A stretch of 62,146 nt of DNA, counting the filler. It is 4 parts of 4 records of this genome, joined end to end, with 100 filler letters (N's around TTAATTAATTAA, not from the genome) between each part and the next. Parts side by side here need not be neighbours in the genome. Positions count along the whole stretch, not along the records: positions 26,753 to 56,743 come from SRR31156797_556; positions 56,844 to 62,146 come from SRR31156797_565; 2 more parts are not named here. The stretch is one strand, 5' to 3'. Shown piece after piece: positions 49,547-59,570 of the stretch; positions within the stretch are counted from its first letter, which is position 1, and each line of letters opens with the position of its first letter. The notes beneath the pieces were generated by a model, which saw only the letters and a program-made list of their open reading frames with translations, did not search any database and had not been told where the DNA came from. A program made the translations under genes and the position numbers.

Positions 49547-52373
49547 TCTCCCTTAAAGGTAATGAAAAATAAAATGTAGCACCTTGATTTACCTTGCCCT
49601 CTGCCCAGATCCTTCCACCGTGCCTGTGCACAATGCGCTGTACGATAGCAAGTCCCACACCCGTGCCCTCAAAATCTTTTTCACTGTGCAGGCGCTGGAA
49701 GATACCAAAAAGCTTTTCGCTGTATTTTTGATCAAAACCTACACCATTGTCTTTCACAAAATACACGTTCATCCCATCTTCAGTATAGACCCCAACCTCG
49801 ATCTTTATCTCCTCATTCTTCATGCTGTACTTGACAGCATTTGAAAGAAGATTTGTCCATAATTGCCTGATTAAAGTAGAATCTGCATAAGCATGCGGAA
49901 TGTCAGGGACTGCGACTACAAAGTTTTTTTCATCTTTATGTACAACCATATCTACAATGATTGATCTCACCATAGCAGCCATATCGATATCAACCAGATT
50001 CATCTCATTTCTTCCGATTCTGGAAAGAGAGAGCAGATCAGTTATTAGCTTGTCCATTTTTTTAGTATTGGACCTTATTACGCCAAAAAGACGCTTTGCT
50101 TCATCATCAAAAACATCTTCATAGTCTTCAGTTAGAATCCTTGAGAAGCCATCAATTGCACGCAAAGGAGCACGCAGGTCATGAGACACAGAATATGTAA
50201 ATGACTCAAGTTCTTTATTAGCCGTTTCCAGTTGCTCTGTACGCTCAATAACGCGTTGTTCAAGCTCCTGATTTAGTTCGTAGATTTCTTCCTCAGCCTT
50301 TTTACGATCTGTTATATCCTGCATCGAGCCTGTTATTTTTATAACCACATCATCCTCGATTACCGGGCGGCCAAGCGAGCGTACCCACTTACGGACACCT
50401 TTAGCAGAAATCAATTCCAGTTCAAGATCATATGGTTTTCTTTTTTCAATCGCATCTTTAATTGCATTTTCAATGAGACTTGTTGAATCAGGGGTGTAGA
50501 AACTCAATCCAAAATCCCTGTTTGTATTATCAGCAGAATCAAGATCATGAATAAAGGCAACTTCGAGCGTCCAGGTACCTTCTCCACTGGAAACATCAAA
50601 CTCCCAGCCACCTATGTGGGCAATACTGCTTACCTCACTTAACAAAGACTCTGTTTTCATTAATTCTTTTTCTGTTTTCTTAAGATCAGTTATATCCCTG
50701 AATACTGTAAGCAGGTAATTCTCATCTCCTATTCTTACCCTGTCACCTGAAACAAGAACATATTCACTCTCATCTGAATTTGTTTTGAGTGTCGTTTCAA
50801 AGTTTCTTACAGATCCTATTTCTTTTAACATGGAAACATATTCAGCCCTTTGTACAGAATCGGACCAAAGGCCGACATCCAGAGTTGTCTTACCAACAAC
50901 AAAATCTTTATCAAAACCGGTGTTTTTCTCAAAACTTTCATTAACATTAATTATTTTCTCATCAGTAGAAGTAAGTATTATGCTATCAGGTACAGTATTG
51001 AATAATCTTGAGAACATCTCTTCCGACCTTTTAAGAGCCTCTTCAGCTCTTTTCCTTTCAGTGATATCACGGGCTGCAACAAGAACACCTGACCTTATTG
51101 TTTCACCTTTGATTAAAGATGAACTGATTTCCACAGGGAATTCAGTGCCATCCTTTCTCATATGAACAGACCGGAACCGGATGTTGTGATCAAGAAGATT
51201 ATTCATATAAAATGTGGATGCCTCTTGCTCATCCAGCGAGAATAAATCAGATAGGGATTTTTCTACGACCTCATCTCCGGTATAGCCATAATAGTTTAGG
51301 GCAACCATGTTTGCATCCAGTATAGCTGCATCTGCATCAATAAGGAAAAGTGCATCAGAACTATTGTCAAATAATTGTTGATAACGTTTCTCAGACTCAT
51401 TAAGCGAAGCTGTTCTCTCTATCACTTTAAATTTAAGAGCACTGTAATGACTAAGAAGAACGTAGACAAGAAGAGAAAAAAGAAGTGCGACTACAAATCC
51501 ACCTTTCTGGAAAATGCTTAGCGGATCTTTGATGGAAGCCGACCAGCCTTCTACCGGAACAGCAGCAAGCTCCAGCCTTCCTTCCGGAAGTCCTATGTTA
51601 TAAAGCTCTGGCTGCATAAGGAAGGTATCAGAAGAACCAAAATACATCTGACCGGAACCATCGCGTAAAGCAATGTTTATGTTTTCAGAAGTTTCATACA
51701 AACCGGTGTTTTGAAGTAAAGATTGCATATCAATAATTATAAAAGCAAGACCCCACAATGAATCATCAATATAGATTGCATGCATGGCTACCAGGACAGT
51801 TTCACCGTCCTCAAGTTCGTATGGCCCGCCTATTGCTACCTGTCGTGTTTGTACAGCCCTTTGTACATCCACATGGACCTTTGAAACCTCGTCATTAATC
51901 AGGTCACTATAACTGTTACCCATAAAAGAAGAATTGTCTAAGCCCGGATAAACATAAACCTCATTAGAAACAGGAAATAACTGTATGGAACGAATGTTTT
52001 TTGCACCGGAATATAAACCAAAAGAGAATGTATCAAAATTATCGAAAAGATGGTATTTTGAAGGATTTGCCTGGACAAATGTTTCCACTCCTTGAAGATG
52101 GGCAATGTCCAGACTGATATGATTTGTGAGGGTGTTTCCGTAGGCCAGCAATTGCATTTCAACCTGGGACTTCTGTTCACTCATCAGGCTCTCCTGATAT
52201 ATAGCACTGAATTGCCACAGTAAGGACAGCAGTATTGCAAACGTTATCAATGCACCTAAAAGCGCCAGATGGCTCTGCCTGACATGAGGGAAAGCACCCA
52301 GAGTCTTTTGAGGACCACTGTTAATTTCCAAATCACACCCCTTGCAATCTTTTCTATCCATTGTTACCTGCAT
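49524..52373 (-). CDS. Membrane sensor histidine kinase, CHASE-like + three PAS domains
   Basis: Two TM helices flanking a CHASE-like domain (GPYEL), PAS repeats, [33 protein letters not shown]. Confidence 0.9.
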   Translation of the reverse strand: MQVTMDRKDCKGCDLEINSGPQKTLGAFPHVRQSHLALLGALITFAILLSLLWQFSAIYQESLMSEQKSQVEMQLLAYGNTLTNHISLDIAHLQGVETFVQANPSKYHLFDNFDTFSFGLYSGAKNIRSIQLFPVSNEVYVYPGLDNSSFMGNSYSDLINDEVSKVHVDVQRAVQTRQVAIGGPYELEDGETVLVAMHAIYIDDSLWGLAFIIIDMQSLLQNTGLYETSENINIALRDGSGQMYFGSSDTFLMQPELYNIGLPEGRLELAAVPVEGWSASIKDPLSIFQKGGFVVALLFSLLVYVLLSHYSALKFKVIERTASLNESEKRYQQLFDNSSDALFLIDADAAILDANMVALNYYGYTGDEVVEKSLSDLFSLDEQEASTFYMNNLLDHNIRFRSVHMRKDGTEFPVEISSSLIKGETIRSGVLVAARDITERKRAEEALKRSEEMFSRLFNTVPDSIILTSTDEKIINVNESFEKNTGFDKDFVVGKTTLDVGLWSDSVQRAEYVSMLKEIGSVRNFETTLKTNSDESEYVLVSGDRVRIGDENYLLTVFRDITDLKKTEKELMKTESLLSEVSSIAHIGGWEFDVSSGEGTWTLEVAFIHDLDSADNTNRDFGLSFYTPDSTSLIENAIKDAIEKRKPYDLELELISAKGVRKWVRSLGRPVIEDDVVIKITGSMQDITDRKKAEEEIYELNQELEQRVIERTEQLETANKELESFTYSVSHDLRAPLRAIDGFSRILTEDYEDVFDDEAKRLFGVIRSNTKKMDKLITDLLSLSRIGRNEMNLVDIDMAAMVRSIIVDMVVHKDEKNFVVAVPDIPHAYADSTLIRQLWTNLLSNAVKYSMKNEEIKIEVGVYTEDGMNVYFVKDNGVGFDQKYSEKLFGIFQRLHSEKDFEGTGVGLAIVQRIVHRHGGRIWAEGKVNQGATFYFSLPLRENDYVCGE

Positions 52374-52857
52374 AGAACTGTTTTACGAGCAAATTCTAAC
52401 TGTATGGCCCAGAATTTACTTTTTAGAACAGTTCGTTTGATTTATTGTCAAAATATATGTAAGACCTTGATCCGAATAAAACATAAACAATAACTATAAA
52501 TAATTTTTTATACTCATATAAATAAATATCGGATTGATAGTTACAATTTACACAATAGAGCATCTTTCACCCATAAAAGAAAATTCCAGCTTTAAGACTT
52601 CATATCCTTCTAAAATTACATAGTTGGTTTACGGCAAAAATGGTTGCTATAAGAAAGCATATATCTCTTTCAGGACTAGTCTTGTATGTTCTTCAATTTG
52701 TATGCATACTAATCAGTACAGCGAACCAAAGTTGAAAAAAACTACATGTAGTGAATTAGTTTGGAAAAGTGAATGATGTAAAGCACTACTTTCCGAAGAG
52801 AACAAATAAATAAAGTAAAAGAGATATTTATAAAATACAACTTTTAGATATTCTTGC

Positions 52858-52930
52858 GCCGAGGTGACAGAGTGGCTAATGTGACCGCCTGCAGAGCGGT
52901 TTTTCGGGAGTTCGAATCTTCCCCTCGGCA
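52858..52930 (+). tRNA. tRNA-Cys (GCA); CCA not encoded; discriminator reads A
   Basis: Acceptor GCCGAGG/CCTCGGC; D arm ACAG..ATGT; anticodon stem ACCGC/GCGGT with loop CT-GCA-GA; T arm GGGAG-TTCGAAT-CTTCC; TATA at about 52826-52834. Confidence 0.9.
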
Positions 52931-52957
52931 TTACTTCACGACCAAAGGAGTCCTACT

Positions 52958-54391
52958 GTGGCACTGAAGATATATAATACACTGACAAGGGAACTGGAAG
53001 ATTTCATCCCCCTTCATGAAAAGAAGGTGAACATGTATGTTTGCGGACCTACAGTGTATGACCACTGTCATCTGGGACACGCAAGGAGTTATGTTTCCTT
53101 TGATGTGATCAGACGCTACCTGAACTATAGAGGATATAATGTCAACTATATCTCCAATATCACAGACGTAGACGACAAGGTGATCAATAGGGCCAGAGAG
53201 AGTGGGGAAGATCCCCTTGAACTGTCCCATAAATTCACCGATTCCTTCATAGAAGACATGGAAACACTTGTAGTATTGCCACCTGATAATCGCCCCAAGG
53301 TCACGGAGCACATACAAGATATCATCGATACTATTGGAACACTTGTACAGAAAGATGCTGCCTATGTGACCCACAAAGGCAATGTCTACTATGACCTTAG
53401 AAAATCGGAAGAGAAGATAGGAGTATTGAGCCACCAGACCGCAGAAGGACTTCTGGAAGGCTCCGGTAACAGGGTAGATGTGGAAAATGACAAGCGATAC
53501 CAGCTTGACTTTGTTCTCTGGAAAAACTCACCGGAAGATGAGATTGGATGGGACAGCCCATGGAGCAGGGGAAGACCCGGATGGCACATAGAATGTTCAG
53601 TGATGTCCGCCAAGTATGGATCAGAACAGCTTGATGTCCACGGCGGTGGCATGGACCTTGTGTTCCCTCACCATGAAGCCGAGATACACCAGTCTGAGAG
53701 CTGCACCGGGAAGCATCCATTCAGCAAGTACTGGATGCATAACGGATTCCTTACTATTGATAAGGAAAAAATGTCAAAGTCCCTCGGGAACTTCTTCACC
53801 ATAAAGGAGGTACTCGGGAAATTCCCTGCCGGAACCATACGCTTCTTCATAGTATACACTCATTACAGAAGCACTATCGACTTCAGCGAGGATGTACTGA
53901 AGGAAGCTGGCAGGGCAAGGAAAAGACTGTTAAACTCCATATCCAATGTCGAACATGCACTGGATATTGCACCTGAAGATAACAAAGATTACGGACTGGA
54001 TGAGCTTATCGATACAACAAGAGAGGAATTCATCGCAGCAATGGATGATGACTTCAATACAAGGGAAGCCATCGGCAGTATGTTTGTTTTCGCACGCAAT
54101 GTCAATTCCATCATCGATGGTAAAAAACCGGGAAGTGCAGCACTTAGAAGAGTACTCGACTTCTTTGAAGAGATAGATGGAGTTCTCGGTATCTTCACTG
54201 AGAAAGAAAGTATTTCCACGTCCGATGATACCGGCCTTTCGGATGAAGAGATCACCGGGATGATAGAACTCAGGGAAATGGCACGTGCAGAGAAGGACTG
54301 GGCAAAGGCTGATGCCATAAGAGATGAACTCAAGGAGAAAGGTATAGGCATAGAGGACGGCAAAGAAGGAGTAAGGTGGCAGCGTATGTGA
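52958..54391 (+). CDS. cysS: Cysteine--tRNA ligase
   Basis: CGPTVYD..HLGHAR, GRPGWHIECS, HGGG.DL.FPHHE, KMSKS, DDFNT. Confidence 0.97.
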   Translation: MALKIYNTLTRELEDFIPLHEKKVNMYVCGPTVYDHCHLGHARSYVSFDVIRRYLNYRGYNVNYISNITDVDDKVINRARESGEDPLELSHKFTDSFIEDMETLVVLPPDNRPKVTEHIQDIIDTIGTLVQKDAAYVTHKGNVYYDLRKSEEKIGVLSHQTAEGLLEGSGNRVDVENDKRYQLDFVLWKNSPEDEIGWDSPWSRGRPGWHIECSVMSAKYGSEQLDVHGGGMDLVFPHHEAEIHQSESCTGKHPFSKYWMHNGFLTIDKEKMSKSLGNFFTIKEVLGKFPAGTIRFFIVYTHYRSTIDFSEDVLKEAGRARKRLLNSISNVEHALDIAPEDNKDYGLDELIDTTREEFIAAMDDDFNTREAIGSMFVFARNVNSIIDGKKPGSAALRRVLDFFEEIDGVLGIFTEKESISTSDDTGLSDEEITGMIELREMARAEKDWAKADAIRDELKEKGIGIEDGKEGVRWQRM

Positions 54392-54416
54392 TGATTCAGG
54401 CTTTGTTTGCACCTTT

Positions 54417-55067
54417 TTATATGAACATGGCATTGAGTTTCTTCACAGCATCTTCCGCATTTTCAGCATAGATATCAGCACCAATCCTGTTTGCCCACTT
54501 TTGAGTAACAGGTGCACCACCAACCATTGTTATTACGCTGTTCCTGAAACCTGCTTCCTGAAGTTCCTTCTCTATAAGCTCCTGATTGAACATTGTTATG
54601 GTCATAAGTGCTGATGAGGCGACTACATCAGCTTTGACCTCTATTGCTTTTTTCACATAAGTTTCGATAGGCACATCCCTGCCAAGATCTACAACATTGT
54701 ACCCTGACATCCTGAGTGTGGTTGCTACGATATCCTTCCCAATGGAATGAATATCTCCCTCAATGGTGCCAATAACAACCGTGCCCTTGGACACTGTTTC
54801 AACACCTGTCTTTTTCATCTCAGGTGAAAGGATGCTCATCGCAGCCTGCATTGCATCGGTTGCTGCTATTACATGAGGAAGGAAGAAAACACCGTCTTCA
54901 AACCGTTCACCGACTACTTTCATTGCTGCTGTGAAACCTTCCTCTATCAGCTCGGCAGGATCAATACCTGAAGCAATGGCTTCATTAGCAACATTTCTTG
55001 CTGCGTCAGGATCAAATTCTATGATGGCCTGTCTTGCTTTCACAATAATATTTTGCTTTTTGAGCAT
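54417..55067 (-). CDS. Methylotrophic corrinoid protein (MtbC/MttC/MtaC family)
   Basis: EGDIHSIGK (DxHxxG), DLGRDVP, SSALMT, MVGGAP, IGADIYAENA. Confidence 0.9.
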   Translation of the reverse strand: MLKKQNIIVKARQAIIEFDPDAARNVANEAIASGIDPAELIEEGFTAAMKVVGERFEDGVFFLPHVIAATDAMQAAMSILSPEMKKTGVETVSKGTVVIGTIEGDIHSIGKDIVATTLRMSGYNVVDLGRDVPIETYVKKAIEVKADVVASSALMTITMFNQELIEKELQEAGFRNSVITMVGGAPVTQKWANRIGADIYAENAEDAVKKLNAMFI

Positions 55068-55560
55068 TGTGATTTCCTTTTCAATTTAGCCCTGAAATCC
55101 TACTGATAACGAAGTCGGTAGTGTAATAACTATAAAATTACCATCACAACGAACTATATAACATAAACTGAATGCAATGTGTCTATTGCACATGAATCAG
55201 AAAATGGTGGTATAATGTATAACAAGCATTGTAATATTACAGTGCGATGATAATGGGAAAGATGATTCCTGAATATCCCGGATACATCTCAATAATTGAG
55301 GCAATTATAGTTCCATAGGTGAAAAATACCACGAGAATAAGAATTCAACAAAAAGGCAGAGCTTTTTGCTTAAGGAAAAAACAAACCTAGTTTTCCACCT
55401 TCCCGTAGTTAAAAACTAATCAGCCATACATTTAAACTTTTTAGATGAACAGAAAGATCCTAAAAACCTGAAAATATCCAGTGAGCAGATAAAAACAGAA
55501 AGCAATACTACTATTGATCAATCAATTATAATGTTTAGAGAGATCACAAATTAAGAATAA

Positions 55561-56088
55561 CTATTCTTTATAGTCCTTATCAGACTTTGCAACGCTTTTG
55601 AGTCTATTAACACCATCAATCTCATCGATCACATCAACAACCTCCACAGGAACAAGTTCTTTCCAGTCTTCATCGGCCAGCATACGTCTCCTGATCTCAC
55701 TACCTGAATAACCGTCCCTCTGATACATGGGGGGCTGTTCCACGGTGATGCCAGCTTCTTCAAAAAGACGTACAACTAAAGGATTATTAGAATAAACCAC
55801 ATCAAATGGTGGTGTCATAGAAATAATGTGAGAGACCCACACTGCATTCCTTTGCAGGTCTTCCAGCGGGATAGCGTAATGCATCACGTCAGCATCCTCA
55901 AGAGCATGACGAATCATCATTACGCGCTCACCTGCGGTAAATGGATTCTTAGGCTCGTGGCTTTTCTGCGCACTGCCTATACCAATTACTACTTCATCCA
56001 CATCCCGGGCAATATCATTTATAATTGAATAATGTCCGAGATGGAATGGTTGGAAGCGTCCAATATAGAACGCTCTTCTCATATGCAT
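55561..56088 (-). CDS. nadM: Nicotinamide-nucleotide adenylyltransferase
   Basis: [29 protein letters not shown]. Confidence 0.93.
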   Translation of the reverse strand: MHMRRAFYIGRFQPFHLGHYSIINDIARDVDEVVIGIGSAQKSHEPKNPFTAGERVMMIRHALEDADVMHYAIPLEDLQRNAVWVSHIISMTPPFDVVYSNNPLVVRLFEEAGITVEQPPMYQRDGYSGSEIRRRMLADEDWKELVPVEVVDVIDEIDGVNRLKSVAKSDKDYKE

Positions 56089-56100
56089 ATGTGATAACCA

Positions 56101-56743
56101 TCAGTGAATGCCACATTCATCGAATGTGAACTTCTCACAGACTTCAAGATAGTGTCCTGAGTTGTTATCGTGTTTCATCTTGGCAAGTTTCTGAATAAGA
56201 TCCATACCTGGTTTTGGATCCTCCATTATCTCGACCTTATCCCTGATAAGCTCGAACACCTTCTTGCCTACGTCTGTGCGGATGAGCACACAATTCCAGC
56301 CATCTGGTGTACCGACCGATCCCAGTGAAATATCTGCGGACACTGAGGTATAGTCGCAACAATTGTGACATGGGTTCCTTGCGTAGTGAGCAACTTCAGG
56401 GATCTTCACGTTGTGGGCTTCGCCGTCCTTTGTGTAGTTCCAGAATTTACCCTTGCCGAAATCCATCTTGACAACATCTTCAGCTTTAAGCCCCATTACT
56501 TCAGGGACAATCTTCTCGGTCATGATGTCGTGATAGAAACTCTCCATACACAGCAGACCAAGGATCACAACGATCTGGTCACATGCATTCTCAACAATGA
56601 GACGTGCACCATGTGCCTGGCAGGGTACGCCAATTACGCCTATCTTATCGTATTTCTCAAAAGGTTCCTTGAGTGCTGAAAGTACGGAATCATAGGTATA
56701 CTTGGTACCTGTTGTCCTGTCAACATCCTCCGGCTTGGTCATA
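56101..56743 (-). CDS. fpoF: F420H2 dehydrogenase subunit F / FrhB family protein, 5'-truncated by the contig end
   Basis: GTKY, GVPCQ, GLLCMESF, CHNCCDYTSVSADISLGSVG. Confidence 0.7.
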
Positions 56744-56843
56744 NNNNNNNNNNNNNNNNNNNNNNNNNNNNNNNNNNNNNNNNNNNNTTAATTAATTAAN
56801 NNNNNNNNNNNNNNNNNNNNNNNNNNNNNNNNNNNNNNNNNNN
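56744..56843. other. Artificial contig linker
   Basis: Same 100-nt spacer. Confidence 0.97.
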
Positions 56844-57110
56844 AGCGGCATTCTTGACCTTGGACTTATTGATTACGGCACCTTTGACCTTGGAATCCTT
56901 CATATTTACGGAGCCCATGTTTGCTGTGTTGTCCTTGCCGATGGCGATATTTCCCGCATTTTTGATGTTGGACTTATTAATGACAACGCCCTTGACTTTT
57001 GAATCTGTAATCTTGACGGAACCCGTGTTGGCCGTATTGTCTTTGCCGCCGGAAATGTTAACTGCATTCTTAACTTTGGATTTGTTAATGACGGCTCCTT
57101 TTACCTTGGA
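56844..57110 (-). repeat. 108-bp coding tandem repeat (2 complete copies + 1 partial)
   Basis: Units 57110-57003, 57002-56895 and 56894-56844 (partial). Confidence 0.85.
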
Positions 57111-57176
57111 TTCGGCAAAGGAAATACCTGTCAACGCGAATACGGTTACAATTGTTAGTACAATTATTCTTTTCAT
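56844..57176 (-). CDS. Secreted protein with 36-aa N/G/K/V-rich tandem repeats, 3'-truncated
   Basis: Sec signal MKRIIVLTIVTVFALTGISFA; AGGAGG RBS; at least 2.5 repeats of SKVKGxVINKSxxKNAxNIxxGKDNTANxGSVxxxD. Confidence 0.85.
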
Positions 57177-57398
57177 GACATCCCTCCTAAAATTAAGATT
57201 TAGTTTCAGTATTCAACTGTTTTATGTTATGGACTTGCTTGAATCCAGCGTAATATATTACTGAGCGAAAAATTCTGTCTACCTAATAAAGAAAATTCTG
57301 CCCAAATTTGGTGCCCAATTTTTAATTTTTAATGATAATATAAGTACGATTATAGACAAAAAACAACCAAGTTGCAAGAAAAATAAGGAGAGTAACCC

Positions 57399-58151
57399 AT
57401 GACGCAATGGAAAGCTTTATATTTAGGGTGTCTGGTGTTTTTTTTGTTCCCCGGAGCTTTTTACTGCATCGGATCAGCCGGTGCATCGGATCTGTCTGTC
57501 AATGTTCAGATGGCAGACAGTTTGACCAGCAGCCATATTAACGATGACAGTGATCAAAACAACGGGGACTGTCTGCGTGGAAACGGGGTTAGAAAAAAGG
57601 CACAAAGGGCCTTAAAAGGCTTTGATAAAATTATGGTCAACGGCGTATTTAACCTCAATATTCGACAGCAGCAGGATTTTGTGGTGGAAATTTCTTGTGA
57701 CGCCAACCTTTACCCGCAAATTCAAACTCGAGTGGTCAATGGCAGGCTTGAAATCGATACCGACCGGTCAATTTGCCCCAAACGGCCCGTTAACATCCGT
57801 ATTGGCCTGCCGGAATTTTTAGAACTCAATGCCCTGGGAACCGATGACATTATTGTTTCAGACCTGAATAATAATCTATTTATTATAACCGTGGAGGGCA
57901 GCAGTGATGTTAAGATTACAGGAAACACTAAGCGATTTATCGCACAACTCAATGGGGCAGGGGATTTGGATGCATCCGGATTTCGTGCGGGAAAGGTTCT
58001 TGTAACCTCCTGCGGTAGCGGTGATGCGATTGTTCATGCAGACAAGGAAATTACTACTGTTCTGGATGGGGCCGGTGATGTGACATATATAGGCGCTCCG
58101 GATCGGGTTACCCAAAGCGGTGATGGCGTTGGTGATTTAAGTGCTGAATGA
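57399..58151 (+). CDS. DUF2807 / GIN-domain beta-helix protein, exported
   Basis: Signal-like N-terminus; GNG..., FDKIMVNG, repeated GSSDV/GAGDL/GSGDA/GAGDV turns; YIGAP. Confidence 0.85.
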   Translation: MTQWKALYLGCLVFFLFPGAFYCIGSAGASDLSVNVQMADSLTSSHINDDSDQNNGDCLRGNGVRKKAQRALKGFDKIMVNGVFNLNIRQQQDFVVEISCDANLYPQIQTRVVNGRLEIDTDRSICPKRPVNIRIGLPEFLELNALGTDDIIVSDLNNNLFIITVEGSSDVKITGNTKRFIAQLNGAGDLDASGFRAGKVLVTSCGSGDAIVHADKEITTVLDGAGDVTYIGAPDRVTQSGDGVGDLSAE

Positions 58152-58276
58152 TCTCCTGATTACCAAGGCCCTGAAAGAAAAAAAATCATTATGCGAATTG
58201 ACAATATCAGCGTTCATAGCATATACCTTAATCATCAAACTACAATTTGTATCAGTATATTTTTCAGGAGTTCGGT

Positions 58277-58912
58277 ATGACTATGAAGCTGAAAGTGGTT
58301 CTGATTGTCCTTTTATGGGGGGGCTTGGTTAGCGGCTATAGCCTTGCAGGTGACTTGACTGAGCCAAAAACCCTGTTTGTATCCGGGATAAAAGATGAAA
58401 CTAATAATAAAGAGTGGCGCAATTTGCTAATTGCCCACGGCATAGTAAATCTGGTGGAGGAAGAGTTGTTTGCCACCGGGCTTTTTGTACCACTTGAAAA
58501 CAAATCGGAAATTGAGGATCAGATTCGGCAGATGATTGAATATGCTTGGCGTTCGCCCTTGGAACAAGCGGGGGAGCCGGTCCAAAGTATTCACACATCT
58601 GTCAAGAGCGATGTTCAAGTGTCAGGCATCGTAAAAAATTTCAGGAAAAAAAGAAGCCGGGCATTTGCAGGGCCTTTTTCCAAGGCAACGGTGACCATAT
58701 CTTTTGTGGTTGAGTTGTTCTTAAAGGAAAAAGGGGAGCTGATCTGTTCAGGTCAGGGAAAGGGCCACGGGAAAACAAACTCAAAGGCTGTTTTTTTTCA
58801 GATAAGGGAAGATAAAATTCAATTTGACAAAACCTCAGTGGGAAAAGCCGCCCGCAAAGCTGTCGGTGCGGCGGTAAAAGAAATGGTGGAAAATTATGAA
58901 AGCACTCGTTAA
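58277..58912 (+). CDS. Exported protein with a CsgG/TolB-N-like fold (tentative)
   Basis: Signal peptide; 'GIVNLVEEELFATGLFVPLE' parallels the CsgG-family helix + F.vvE motif of the next gene. Confidence 0.5.
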   Translation: MTMKLKVVLIVLLWGGLVSGYSLAGDLTEPKTLFVSGIKDETNNKEWRNLLIAHGIVNLVEEELFATGLFVPLENKSEIEDQIRQMIEYAWRSPLEQAGEPVQSIHTSVKSDVQVSGIVKNFRKKRSRAFAGPFSKATVTISFVVELFLKEKGELICSGQGKGHGKTNSKAVFFQIREDKIQFDKTSVGKAARKAVGAAVKEMVENYESTR

Positions 58913-59537
58913 GCTGTTAATCCTGTGGTTGACTCTATCCGGTTGTGCATCCACCTCTGTGGAAGGCGATTCACAAGAGTCCACATTTCAACCCATGGAG
59001 TTGAAACAGCTTTCGTCTTACAATGGACCGCAAACTGTGGTGGCGATATTACCCCTGGGGCTGTCCGAGCGTGCTGCGAAACGGTATCCCCACCTTTTAA
59101 AAAAATCAGTGGGCATGGGGGTTCATCATCTTGTGCTTGAAACCTTGTTTGACACCAACCGGTTTAAGTTCGTGGAGGAAAACCCCGAAATGGTGAAGGA
59201 TATAATGAACCGGCAATGGATGAGCGCTTCAGGCTTTGTCTCCCAGAAAGAGGCGGTTGAATACGGAAAAATGCTGGGAGCTGAAAAGATAATTTACGGT
59301 GAAGTCTATGATTATTCAGAAGGTGGAGAACAGATATCCGGATTTCAAAGTAAGAAGAATTTCATTATTTCAGTGGGCATACAGATTGTGTGCACTGACA
59401 TTACAACGGGTGAAAAAGTTGCCCTGGGCACTGCCAATGCCCAGGCTGCCACTTATTCTCAAGCTAGTAAACGCGCGATTTCAAATGCTGTGTACAAATT
59501 GATTTCAAGGCTTGAAAGAAGGAAGTTAAGTCAATAA
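58896..59537 (+). CDS. CsgG/HfaB-family lipoprotein
   Basis: Lipobox LSGC (Cys17); TLFDTNRFKFVE, GKMLGAEKIIYGEV, DITTGE. Confidence 0.75.
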   Translation: MKALVKLLILWLTLSGCASTSVEGDSQESTFQPMELKQLSSYNGPQTVVAILPLGLSERAAKRYPHLLKKSVGMGVHHLVLETLFDTNRFKFVEENPEMVKDIMNRQWMSASGFVSQKEAVEYGKMLGAEKIIYGEVYDYSEGGEQISGFQSKKNFIISVGIQIVCTDITTGEKVALGTANAQAATYSQASKRAISNAVYKLISRLERRKLSQ

Positions 59538-59570
59538 TGCAGTTTTGTTAAATTACCAAAAGGAGAAAAG

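Noticed and set aside
26753-56743. Pyrrolysine (TAG) read-through genes in the methanogen contig
   Set aside because: The TAG-terminated genes I checked (cbiP, nadM, feoC-like, response regulator) look complete at the TAG, and no methylamine methyltransferase is present
56854-57264. 136-aa plus-strand repeat ORF
   Set aside because: Antisense shadow of the repeat protein, which has the RBS and signal peptide
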